64,000 bases of DNA from an uncultured bacterium (lineage in GTDB: Bacteria; Patescibacteriota; Minisyncoccia; Moranbacterales; UBA2206): the NCBI GenBank assembly GCA_903937035.1, contig CAIZXS010000020.1, positions 3,443 through 67,442 of the forward strand. Reading direction: 5' to 3'. The notes under the pieces are model-generated. The model searched no databases. It saw only the letters and a list, made by a program, of their open reading frames with translations, and was not told the DNA's origin. Made by a program: the position numbers and the translations under genes. Of this stretch, positions 38,607-47,149 are shown piece after piece (within the stretch, counting starts at the first letter, position 1; the number at the start of each line of letters is the position of its first letter).

Positions 38607-39269
38607 CTAAATACTGTCAAAATATTCAATTACTTGTCCAAAATCCTTGGCCACATAATCAGCTTCTCTGGCGACATTTTCGCGAAAAACATTTTCAACA
38701 TAAGCGATAAACTTATTTGCCACGCCAGACTTCCTAACCTCAAAGTCTGTCCAACCATCTCCAACAATAACAATCTCTCCCTGCAAGCCCAAAGCCTTAA
38801 TTTGATTAGATTTTCCATTAACATTCGCCAGCAAAGAATTTTTATCCACCCCAGTTAAAATTCCTTTTTCATCAAACACAAATCGATTGGCTAGAACATG
38901 ACTTCTCTCTATTCCCAATTTATCAGTCGTAGGAAAAATTAAATCTTCAAACCCGCCAGTAATAATGAAAATATCTTCTTTATTTTTTCTGAAATATTCC
39001 AGATTAGCCAAAACAGAATTGGAAATCTCCTGCTCAAAAGTTTTCGCCACTTCCGCCACTGTTTTACTATTTGTCCGGATAAGTGCAATTCTTCGACTTA
39101 AAGATTCAGGAAAAGTAATTTCACCGACCATTCCCAGCTCAGTTATGCTTTTTATTTCGCAAAGAATCTTCTCGTAATTGGCATTATTCTCCAGCGCTTT
39201 TTCCGCCAACTTATCCAAAGTTTCAACCTTAACTAATGTGCTGTCAAAATCAATAATCAGTTTTTTCAT
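38607..39269 (-). CDS. HAD-IB phosphatase (phosphoserine phosphatase-like)
   Basis: DFDSTL, TGGF, K, GDGWTD. Confidence 0.88.
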   Translation of the reverse strand: MKKLIIDFDSTLVKVETLDKLAEKALENNANYEKILCEIKSITELGMVGEITFPESLSRRIALIRTNSKTVAEVAKTFEQEISNSVLANLEYFRKNKEDIFIITGGFEDLIFPTTDKLGIERSHVLANRFVFDEKGILTGVDKNSLLANVNGKSNQIKALGLQGEIVIVGDGWTDFEVRKSGVANKFIAYVENVFRENVAREADYVAKDFGQVIEYFDSI

Positions 39270-39289
39270 ATTTTTTAATCAATATATTT

Positions 39290-40396
39290 CTACTTTCCAG
39301 CCAACTGTCCACAAGCCCCTTCCACCTCTTGCCCAAGACTTTTTCTGATTGTTACACTCATTCCACCTCTTTCCAAATAGTCCCTAAAGAGATGCGTTTT
39401 ATTGCCAGAAGAAGCCTTGAGTTCTTTCCCAGTTTCGTTATAGGCAATTAAATTGACATGCAAAAGCTGACGATTGCCAATTGATTTTAAATAGGTCGAG
39501 AGTGCATAGGCATCTTCTTCACTATCATTTATTCCAGAGAGCATTACATATTCCACGAAAACTTGTCTGTTAGTTTTGGAAAAATAATCCTTGAGCGCTT
39601 TTTTTAGTTCTTCAAGATTATATTTTCGATTGATTGGCATAAACTGACTTCTTTTTTCATCTGTCGCAAAATGCAAAGAAATCGCCAAATTTATTTGCGG
39701 AAATTCTTCAGCCAAGTTCTTGATTCCCTCCGGAATCCCCGCCGTCGAAACGGAGATGCTCCGTGAGCCAAATGCAAAAAGATCCTTATCAATCAAATCT
39801 CTAAGACTTCTCTTAACCTCCTCCCAATTCAAAAACGGCTCCCCCATCCCCATATAGACAATATTACTTATCACTCCCCTCTCCTTTATAAGGAGATTCT
39901 GTTTCTGCCAGGTGGCGGAAGCAGAAGGGTAAGGTGGATTTTTTTCCTGATCACTATTCACTGTTCCCTGTTTTTTGAGGTACTGCCTCCAAAACAAAAC
40001 CTGATCACTGATTTCTTCCGCCGTCAGATTTCTTTGAAATCCGCTTTTCCCTGTCGCGCAAAAACCGCAATTCAGTGGACAACCAACTTGCGATGAAATA
40101 CAAACTGACCATTTATTTTCCACAGGCGAAAGCAAGACCGATTCAATCTTATTCCCATCAGCTAATTTCAAAAGTGCTTTCAGAGATTTTTCATCTTTCG
40201 AAACTAGAACTTTTTCCACTTCAAAAGACAAGATTTTCATTTCTTTTTCCAGCTGTTCACGCAAGTTTTTGGAAATAGTTGAGATTTCCGAAAAATCAGA
40301 AACGCCATCCTGATAGATGGCTTTTTGAATTTGGCTCAGACGAAATTTCGGTTCGCCGTTTTCAGTGAGAATTTTTCTTAGTTTTTCTAGCTGCAT
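39290..40396 (-). CDS. rlmN: 23S rRNA A2503/tRNA A37 C2-methyltransferase RlmN
   Basis: CISSQVGCPLNCGFCATG, MGMGEP, ISLH, EYVM, ACGQL. Confidence 0.95.
   Translation of the reverse strand: MQLEKLRKILTENGEPKFRLSQIQKAIYQDGVSDFSEISTISKNLREQLEKEMKILSFEVEKVLVSKDEKSLKALLKLADGNKIESVLLSPVENKWSVCISSQVGCPLNCGFCATGKSGFQRNLTAEEISDQVLFWRQYLKKQGTVNSDQEKNPPYPSASATWQKQNLLIKERGVISNIVYMGMGEPFLNWEEVKRSLRDLIDKDLFAFGSRSISVSTAGIPEGIKNLAEEFPQINLAISLHFATDEKRSQFMPINRKYNLEELKKALKDYFSKTNRQVFVEYVMLSGINDSEEDAYALSTYLKSIGNRQLLHVNLIAYNETGKELKASSGNKTHLFRDYLERGGMSVTIRKSLGQEVEGACGQLAGK
39870..39975. repeat. Palindromic in-frame insertion in rlmN
   Basis: TCTCCTT-TAT-AAGGAGA and TTCTGTTTCTGCCA-GG-TGGCGGAAGCAGAA hairpins plus cactatt cactgtt ccctgtt heptamers. 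Confidence 0.7.
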
Positions 40397-40432
40397 ATTA
40401 TTATTCCAAAACTCGTGTGCTCAAAATTAAAC

Positions 40433-40572
40433 TGTCATCCTGAGCGAAGTCCTGTACTCAGGGCGAAGCCGAAGGATCTGCCCACTAAAACCTCAAGCTT
40501 TACAAATATAAATAAGATCCGATTAACCCAGAGCAGATTCTTCGACTCCGCTACGCTCCGCTCAGAATGACA
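40433..40572. mobile_element. MITE-like TGTCATCCTGAGCG..CGCTCAGAATGACA element
   Basis: tgtcatcctgagcgaag..gaaggatctg ... cagattcttcg..cgctcagaatgaca inverted arms. Confidence 0.65.
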
Positions 40573-40586
40573 AAAAGAGTTTAGTT

Positions 40587-40916
40587 TTAATTGAAATGAA
40601 AAATTTTCTTCTCAAAATCCACAATCTTACCGTCTCTTACTTTTACCCCATCTCTCCTCAAAAGTCCAGCCTTGACTTTTGAGCCACTTACAAACCCACC
40701 AATTTTTCCATCAGTTTTCACCACCCTGTGACATGGAACAACTGGCGCATAAGGATTGCAATTAAGCGCATTGCCAACAGCGCGCGACGCACCAGGTCTT
40801 CCAATTGCCTTCGCAATCTGACCATAGGTCACTACACGACCACGCGGAATAAGACTAGTTTTCTCATAAACTAAATCAGCGAAAGAATTTGAGGTATTTT
40901 GGGTAAAATATTTCAT
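40587..40916 (-). CDS. ogt: Methylated-DNA--protein-cysteine methyltransferase (single domain)
   Basis: IPRG.V.TYG, RAVGNAL..NP...PCHRV. Confidence 0.88.
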   Translation of the reverse strand: MKYFTQNTSNSFADLVYEKTSLIPRGRVVTYGQIAKAIGRPGASRAVGNALNCNPYAPVVPCHRVVKTDGKIGGFVSGSKVKAGLLRRDGVKVRDGKIVDFEKKIFHFN

Positions 40917-40985
40917 TCGGTCCTTAATCGCAAAATATCCAAAAAAACACTTTACTCACTGAAGTAAAAACACCAACTTTCCTGC

Positions 40986-41300
40986 TCACTGATTAATGAA
41001 ACGTAAAGCATATGAAATGAGTAGTATAGCAGCTATCCCAAAGGAAATCCAGCACCAAAGCAAAGCTCTCTTGGAATATTTTATTGCTTCCTCAAAATTA
41101 CCTTCTTTGATCTTATTATTTACTTGAAGAGAACTTATCAAAGCAACTAACCCAGTGGGTAGAAAAAAAAGAATCATTGCCACAATGGACGCCTTCGTGT
41201 ATGAAGGAATATTTGGAACATTTAATTTTACTCCGCAGTGAGCGCAATTTATTTCATATTTTTTTGTTTCTTGGCCACAGCCCTGACAGAATGTTTTCAT
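40986..41300 (-). CDS. Zinc-ribbon + CD225/dispanin-family membrane protein
   Basis: CxxC-x10-CxxCG; ILFFLPTGLVALI.S.QV....G..E.A..YS..A. Confidence 0.8.
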   Translation of the reverse strand: MKTFCQGCGQETKKYEINCAHCGVKLNVPNIPSYTKASIVAMILFFLPTGLVALISSLQVNNKIKEGNFEEAIKYSKRALLWCWISFGIAAILLISYALRFINQ

Positions 41301-41304
41301 AAGT

Positions 41305-41664
41305 TTAATACATTATTCTTCCCTTTACTAAAAGTAAATATACCAAAGCGGCCGTTCCTATGGAGCCAGCAATTAAGCCAAAAATTATCCTGCCCTTTCC
41401 AAGTTTTCCCGGGTTTTTCTGAAACTGTACCCAGGCAATAATAGAAACAACTAACGCAATTGGCGCAAGCGGAGGAACAAGCGCGCAAAGTCCCAAATAT
41501 CCCGACACAATGGAAAGACCAGTTCTCCCTATCGGCACAACCGAACTGAGATTGACTGATTCATTTTTGTCTATCAATTGACTAGGAGTCTTCAAGTTCA
41601 ACTCACATTTAACACAAAACTCCGCGTTATCATCATTCTGCGCACCACAATTTGGACAAAACAT
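41305..41664 (-). CDS. Zinc-ribbon + DUF4190-like membrane protein
   Basis: MFCPNCG....AEFC..C; TM hairpin; G.GR.IFGLI.G. Confidence 0.8.
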   Translation of the reverse strand: MFCPNCGAQNDDNAEFCVKCELNLKTPSQLIDKNESVNLSSVVPIGRTGLSIVSGYLGLCALVPPLAPIALVVSIIAWVQFQKNPGKLGKGRIIFGLIAGSIGTAALVYLLLVKGRIMY

Positions 41665-41694
41665 ATTTTTTATTTTTATTTTATTATTAGAAAA

Positions 41695-42249
41695 CTACTT
41701 AATTTTATTACAACGCGAAGATAATTTTCCACTATCAATAATTTGATTCAATTCTTTTTCCAGTTCTCCAAATTCACTGCGACTACCGCAATCATAAATT
41801 TCCAAAAAAGGATCACTATCCACTAGCATGCCAAATAGTTTTTCGGGAGACGGCAATTCCTTCAAGGCCGCGTATTCTTCCATAGTAAGCTTTAAAAAGC
41901 CACTATTGACACTTACATTTCCGAAAAGGTAACCCTTGTTCAGCTTTTTCGGGTAATTATTTGGCAACATATCCGTCATATTAGGATATGAAACGATCGA
42001 TTTCTTGTCTTGGGAAACGCCAACAGGAACCAACTTAGCATAATCTGCTTTTGTTTTATAGATAATAGTTGGGGGTCCTGCTACTGGAGTGACGTCCGAT
42101 TTTTTCATCTCCGTTCCTTTTTCATTCTTCTTACCACTCTCACCGCCCAAAAAACCAGCCCTTCGCAGCAAAACAAAAACGCCGACCGCAACAACCAGTA
42201 ATAGTACAATTCTAATAATATTTTTCCTAGTAGCCATATCTGTTTCCAT
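41695..42249 (-). CDS. Membrane-anchored hypothetical protein
   Basis: N-terminal TM; IIYKTK.DY..LVPV..S.DK..IVSYP domain. Confidence 0.75.
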   Translation of the reverse strand: METDMATRKNIIRIVLLLVVAVGVFVLLRRAGFLGGESGKKNEKGTEMKKSDVTPVAGPPTIIYKTKADYAKLVPVGVSQDKKSIVSYPNMTDMLPNNYPKKLNKGYLFGNVSVNSGFLKLTMEEYAALKELPSPEKLFGMLVDSDPFLEIYDCGSRSEFGELEKELNQIIDSGKLSSRCNKIK

Positions 42250-42280
42250 TTTTTAATTCAATGTAAATCCTTTTAAAATT

Positions 42281-43186
42281 TTAAAGCCCACACAAACTCG
42301 CAATCCTCGCGAACTCATCATTAACTATTTTTTGAATCTTACCTAGAATCAATTTATTCTTAGGAAGAAATAAATGCTTAAAGCGTCCTTGGGTTTTCAA
42401 GAATTCCGTCACCGGCTTTATTGTTTTCGGTTCCCAGCTTAGCTTATATTTACCATTTTCAATTTCATAGAGTGGCCAAAAATTGGTTTCCGTCGCCAGT
42501 TTGGCAATCGCCACATATTGCGAAGTGGGAAATTTCCAATTATTCGTGCAAGGTGAAAAAACCGTGAGAAAACTCGGGCCATCCACTGCTAAGGCTTTTT
42601 TGGCTTTCATTTTGAGGTCAGCCAAATTTGCAATATTAGCTTGCGCGGCATAAGGAATGTTGTGCGCTGCCACGATTCCCATGAGATTTTTCCGCATTTC
42701 CACCTTACCAAAAGACTCATCTCCAACCGGTGTCGTTTCTGTCCCAGCGCCATAGGGAGTCGCTGATGATCTTTGATTACCAGTATTCATGTAACCACCA
42801 TTGTCATAGACAACATAGAGAAAATTATGTCCGCGTTCGAGTGCACCAGAGAGTGCTTGGAGCCCAATATCATAGGTTCCACCATCTCCACCAAAAGCAA
42901 CGAATTTGATTTTCTTCTTAATCTTGCCTTTTTTTCGCATTGCCAAATACGCCCTTTCTACACCAGAAATAGTCGCCGCCGCGTTTTCAAAAGCACTGTG
43001 GATATATGGCACGTTCCATGCGGTGTAGGGATAGATGGTCGAAGTCACTTCAAGACAACCCGTCGCATTGGAAATCACCACTGGCGTGGTCGCTTCGCCC
43101 AAAATCGTTCGCACAATTGAGGGAAAAGCGCATCCTGCGCAAGCACTGTGACCGGGAGCTAAATTTTTTGCTAAGTCTTTGTTCAT
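42281..43186 (-). CDS. porB: Pyruvate:ferredoxin oxidoreductase beta subunit
   Basis: PGH.ACAGC, ATGCLEV, GGDGGTYDIG TPP motif, YMNTG.QRS, SPC. Confidence 0.93.
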   Translation of the reverse strand: MNKDLAKNLAPGHSACAGCAFPSIVRTILGEATTPVVISNATGCLEVTSTIYPYTAWNVPYIHSAFENAAATISGVERAYLAMRKKGKIKKKIKFVAFGGDGGTYDIGLQALSGALERGHNFLYVVYDNGGYMNTGNQRSSATPYGAGTETTPVGDESFGKVEMRKNLMGIVAAHNIPYAAQANIANLADLKMKAKKALAVDGPSFLTVFSPCTNNWKFPTSQYVAIAKLATETNFWPLYEIENGKYKLSWEPKTIKPVTEFLKTQGRFKHLFLPKNKLILGKIQKIVNDEFARIASLCGL

Positions 43187-43203
43187 GAATTTATCAATTT
43201 AAA

Positions 43204-43890
43204 TCATTTACCCATAAGTTCATCTTTAATTTTTGGAAAATACATCCTCCATGAGAAAGCAAAATCAGCAAATGTATTTACCGCTGCAACAAATAGAAAA
43301 ACACTCAGCCCGACAAGATATGTCAAATTCAAAAAATACACAATAATTAAGATTAAGGCACAAATCGAATTATTCAAAGCCCACCGCAGAGAACTTGCCA
43401 TTTCCAATCTATTGCGATTAACTGAATTTGTTTTAAAATATACAAAATATAACCAGGCTGAATTAATACAGAGTATGATAATGAGAATCTGATAAAAATA
43501 AACAAAATTCGTGATAGCAGAGGCGAGCATATAGAAAAATATGGAATGGATAACCAGGGAAATAAAATCTATAAATCTCGAGGCAGGACTATAATCTTCA
43601 ACATGGGAAGCACCGCGTTTAAATTCTAAATATTTCAAATCAAGATACCGCAAATCACCCAAAAAAAATCGAATAAAAAAAAGTAAAAAAACCACAAAAA
43701 GCAGATTGGTCTCTATGCTCAATTCTTGCCACGGCCGTATATCCCAAATTCCGGTCTTGGCATTAGTGTGCATGATCATATTTTGCAGAGCCACAATCAA
43801 AGGAGCGCTCATAATAACCGTATAAATGATTTTATAGTTCGATTCCAATCTCTCGAGGCTCTTTTTTGATTTTTCTGTAATCTGCCGCAT
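43204..43890 (-). CDS. Polytopic membrane hypothetical protein
   Basis: About 6-7 hydrophobic segments; lies between porA and porB. Confidence 0.75.
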   Translation of the reverse strand: MRQITEKSKKSLERLESNYKIIYTVIMSAPLIVALQNMIMHTNAKTGIWDIRPWQELSIETNLLFVVFLLFFIRFFLGDLRYLDLKYLEFKRGASHVEDYSPASRFIDFISLVIHSIFFYMLASAITNFVYFYQILIIILCINSAWLYFVYFKTNSVNRNRLEMASSLRWALNNSICALILIIVYFLNLTYLVGLSVFLFVAAVNTFADFAFSWRMYFPKIKDELMGK

Positions 43891-43897
43891 ACGCTTT

Positions 43898-45040
43898 TTA
43901 ACTTAAATATTTTTCCCGAAATCTACCCTCCAAAATCTGCTCAATCTGTTTTTTGAACACATCTCGTCCGCCCAAGCCATAAACGATGCTGGAAACTTTT
44001 GTATTACTCGCATTTTGCAGACTGACCATAATTTCCGAATACAGTGGTGGATGCGAACCGATTGATTGCGCGCGATCCATCACAATTATTTCTTTGGCGT
44101 TTTTTAGCGCAATAGCAATTTCTGAAAATAGAAACGGGCGAAACAGTTCAATTTTCAAAAGTCCTACTTTTTGGTCTTTCTTTCGCAGGACGTCAATTGC
44201 ATCTTTAGCTGTGCCTGCAACCGATCCAATCAGCACTAAAACTTTTTCTGCACCCTCTAAATCATATTCTTCAAACAAAGCATATTTTCTGCCACTAATT
44301 TCAGCATACTCTTTTGCAATTTTCTTATATTCTTCAGCTACCGTTGCCATCGCCACTTCTTGATCAATTTTGAATTCAAAATAGGATTCTTGCAGTGCAA
44401 CTGGACCGTACGTCACCGGATTTTCAATATCGAGCAGTGATTTTTCTGGAGCATATTCTCCGACAAACTTTTTGACAATTTTAGCGTCCAAGATTTCCAA
44501 ATTCTCCACACTGTGCGAAGTGTTAAATCCATCCATAATCACCATCACCGGCAGTCCGACGCGTTCCGCTAGTTTCATGCCAATGATTGTTTTATCATAA
44601 ACCTCTTGCGGGTTTTCACAAAAAATTTGCACCCAACCAGCGTCGCGAGAGCCCATTACATCGCTATGATCACCGTGGATGCTCAGAGGCGCAGAAAGCG
44701 CACGAGCTGCCACAACCATCAAAATTGGCAAGCGCATACCAGAAGCTATATAGAGCATTTCGTGCATATAGGCAAGCCCCTGTGAGCTTGTGGCTGTTGC
44801 TGTGCGTGCTCCCGCGGCTGAGGCACCAATCGCCGCACTCATTGCGCTATGTTCCGATTCCACTTCAATCATTTCAGTTTCTACTTCTCCATCAGCCACA
44901 AATTTAGCATAAGTCTCAATAATTGGCGTCTGTGGTGTGATTGGATAGATCGGCATCACATCCGGTTCGATTTGTTTTAAGGCATACGCCGCAGCATAAC
45001 CACCGGTCAGCGCCAATTTTTTTTTATCTTTTATTAACAT
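43898..45040 (-). CDS. porA: Pyruvate:ferredoxin oxidoreductase alpha subunit
   Basis: YPITPQT, ESEHSAMS, TATSSQGL, DGF..SH, FRPF, GLGGRD. Confidence 0.94.
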   Translation of the reverse strand: MLIKDKKKLALTGGYAAAYALKQIEPDVMPIYPITPQTPIIETYAKFVADGEVETEMIEVESEHSAMSAAIGASAAGARTATATSSQGLAYMHEMLYIASGMRLPILMVVAARALSAPLSIHGDHSDVMGSRDAGWVQIFCENPQEVYDKTIIGMKLAERVGLPVMVIMDGFNTSHSVENLEILDAKIVKKFVGEYAPEKSLLDIENPVTYGPVALQESYFEFKIDQEVAMATVAEEYKKIAKEYAEISGRKYALFEEYDLEGAEKVLVLIGSVAGTAKDAIDVLRKKDQKVGLLKIELFRPFLFSEIAIALKNAKEIIVMDRAQSIGSHPPLYSEIMVSLQNASNTKVSSIVYGLGGRDVFKKQIEQILEGRFREKYLS

Positions 45041-45043
45041 AAG

Positions 45044-45307
45044 TTAATTCTTCTTCATAATTATAGCCCGAACCGGACAAATTTGCGCACAAACTCCACA
45101 ACCCTTGCAAAATTCATAGTCAATATCCGCCTTATCCCGCTTATCGTTTTTATGCTTTTTCATTTCAATGCATGCATCTGGACAAAACGGCACACAAGTC
45201 GCACAGCCAATGCACTTGTCCTTATCCACTTCCGGCTTCATATACCGCCAAGAACCAGTCCGGGGAGATTTTTTGATATCATGTTTGATGATTGCGCCTT
45301 TTTCCAT
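45044..45307 (-). CDS. porD: Pyruvate:ferredoxin oxidoreductase delta subunit (2x[4Fe-4S])
   Basis: TGSWR..KP, CIGC..C...CP, CKGCGVC...CP; start at Met12. Confidence 0.92.
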   Translation of the reverse strand: MEKGAIIKHDIKKSPRTGSWRYMKPEVDKDKCIGCATCVPFCPDACIEMKKHKNDKRDKADIDYEFCKGCGVCAQICPVRAIIMKKN

Positions 45308-45314
45308 TATATTT

Positions 45315-46349
45315 TTATTCCATTTTAGTATTATCGCCAAACCATTTTACATATAATTCGTCATACTTTCCAGATTCTCGCAATTCCAATAATACTCTAT
45401 TTATGGCTTCTCGTAAAACAGTTGCGCCCTCTTTAGTTACAATCCCATAGACATGCGGATTAAAGACATCGCCCACAATTTCAAATTCCTTCATGCCAGC
45501 ATTTCTGACGAAATAGAGAAGCGATGGTGCATCAAAAACTACCGCGTCCACCAGGCCTGCTTTTAATTTCTCATAGGCTTTTTCAATACGCTTAACCGGC
45601 ACAATCTTAGCATTCAATTTTCTCAAAACCTCAACACTGATTGTTTTTTCTACTGTTGCTACGTTTTTTCCTGCCAAATCCTTATGCCCGCTAATATTGC
45701 CTTGCAATTTTGACATTGTGATAAGGGAACTAGTTTCAGCGATAAAAAAGCCAAAAATAATGTACCCGCCAAGAATCACCACTGTACTGAAAATTCTACC
45801 GATCCAAGATTGAGGAACAAAATCTCCATAACCAACCGTACTCATTGTCACAATAGCCCACCAAAATGACTCAAAAATTCCCGGAAAATAATGACTATTA
45901 AACGTTCCCGCATTCTTCTCCGCAAGCCAAATAATATTTCCAAATACTCCAATAAAAAGAGCAATGCCAAGGATAGCTTCCAATATTTTTTTATACCCAT
46001 TCTTAATCAGATTTCTAATCGTAATAAAAATATTAATATTTTTATCGCTAGAAACTAACACTAAGAGCCCTGACTCAAGCGTATTGTGGGAAAAATCAAT
46101 AATCTCTTCTCGCTCTTTATTGATGGTTATTCCAGCTAGTGCCAAATCCGCTTTTCCATCACAAACACTTTCAAGTATACTGGAAAACCCTACTTTTTTA
46201 TATTGAAAATCCAACTTTAGCCTTCGTGCAATCATGCCCCAAAGCTCGATTTCAAAACCAGAAAAATTCTTCCCTTTTTTCATCACTAAAGGTGGAATCT
46301 CGCTTACAGCAACGGTTAAAACTGCTTTCTTAGTAACACTATTTTTCAT
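45315..46349 (-). CDS. GluR0-like ligand-gated K+ channel (split solute-binding domain around a 2-TM pore)
   Basis: GFEIEL, ITI..ERE..IDFS; M1; WWAIVTMSTVGYGD filter; M2; VDAVVFD; L...G.YD..Y.KWF. Confidence 0.88.
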   Translation of the reverse strand: MKNSVTKKAVLTVAVSEIPPLVMKKGKNFSGFEIELWGMIARRLKLDFQYKKVGFSSILESVCDGKADLALAGITINKEREEIIDFSHNTLESGLLVLVSSDKNINIFITIRNLIKNGYKKILEAILGIALFIGVFGNIIWLAEKNAGTFNSHYFPGIFESFWWAIVTMSTVGYGDFVPQSWIGRIFSTVVILGGYIIFGFFIAETSSLITMSKLQGNISGHKDLAGKNVATVEKTISVEVLRKLNAKIVPVKRIEKAYEKLKAGLVDAVVFDAPSLLYFVRNAGMKEFEIVGDVFNPHVYGIVTKEGATVLREAINRVLLELRESGKYDELYVKWFGDNTKME

Positions 46350-46383
46350 TAATTTTTGTTTTTATTTCCCACTTATCCATCCG

Positions 46384-46953
46384 CTAAATCGCGTCATAAG
46401 CCCTTTCAATCGCTAAAATATTTTTTTCGCAATTCTCTTTGCCGATTTTTTCTTCGAAAATTTTACGGAATTCTTCTAAAATACTCTTCAACTTAACAAC
46501 TTCCGTCACTTTGATAATTTTACCAAGAATTACCGTGTTTGGTCTTGGTTGACCAACGATGGCCATGGAAATTCCATTAGCATCCACGGCGTGAATTTTT
46601 CCGTCGAAACGAATCAAATCTCGAATTTCATGTGGGCTTTTGGCAGAATTGATAATCAGCGCCTCATTTCTATCCAACCCTTCAGTTACTTTCTGACTAG
46701 AAAGCAAAGTATCATCCAAAACTACCACCACATCCGGATCAACAACTGGCTCTTTGGTGCGAATAGCCTTATCGGAAATGCGCAAGTAGGTCTTAGTCGG
46801 CGCACCGCTTCTTTCCGGCCCAAAATTGGGAAAAGTTTGCACAAAATTTCCCTCGAGCACTGCCGCCTGCGCAATAATTTCTGCCGCGGTTTTTGCCCCT
46901 TGCCCACCCCGCGCAAAAAAGATGATTTCCATTGTGTCTTTGTGGTATTTCAT
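46384..46953 (-). CDS. porC: Pyruvate:ferredoxin oxidoreductase gamma subunit
   Basis: RGGQGAKTA, FGPERSGAP, PNT.ILG; start may be Met8. Confidence 0.93.
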   Translation of the reverse strand: MKYHKDTMEIIFFARGGQGAKTAAEIIAQAAVLEGNFVQTFPNFGPERSGAPTKTYLRISDKAIRTKEPVVDPDVVVVLDDTLLSSQKVTEGLDRNEALIINSAKSPHEIRDLIRFDGKIHAVDANGISMAIVGQPRPNTVILGKIIKVTEVVKLKSILEEFRKIFEEKIGKENCEKNILAIERAYDAI

Positions 46954-46985
46954 ATGGATAGTATAGCATAAATTTATTTATTATT

Positions 46986-47084
46986 GTAGAGACGAGCCCG
47001 CCGGCTGGCGGGCTCGTCTTAGCGCTATTGACTTACCGCCCTAACATTGTATGTTTTTTAGACGAGACAATGCCTCGTTTCTAC
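46986..47084. repeat. REPIN-like pair of GTAG..CTAC palindromes upstream of porC
   Basis: gtagagacgag[cccgccggctggcggg]ctcgtct ... gacgagacaatgcctcgtttctac. Confidence 0.75.
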
Positions 47085-47100
47085 AATTATTGCCAAACTA

Positions 47101-47127
47101 AAAAAAGACGCCCTGGCAGGACGTCTT
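47101..47127 (-). terminator. Intrinsic terminator after the DsbA-like gene
   Basis: aaaaaagacg-ccctggcagg-acgtctt. Confidence 0.6.
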
Positions 47128-47149
47128 CACAATCCAGGATAAACAAATC

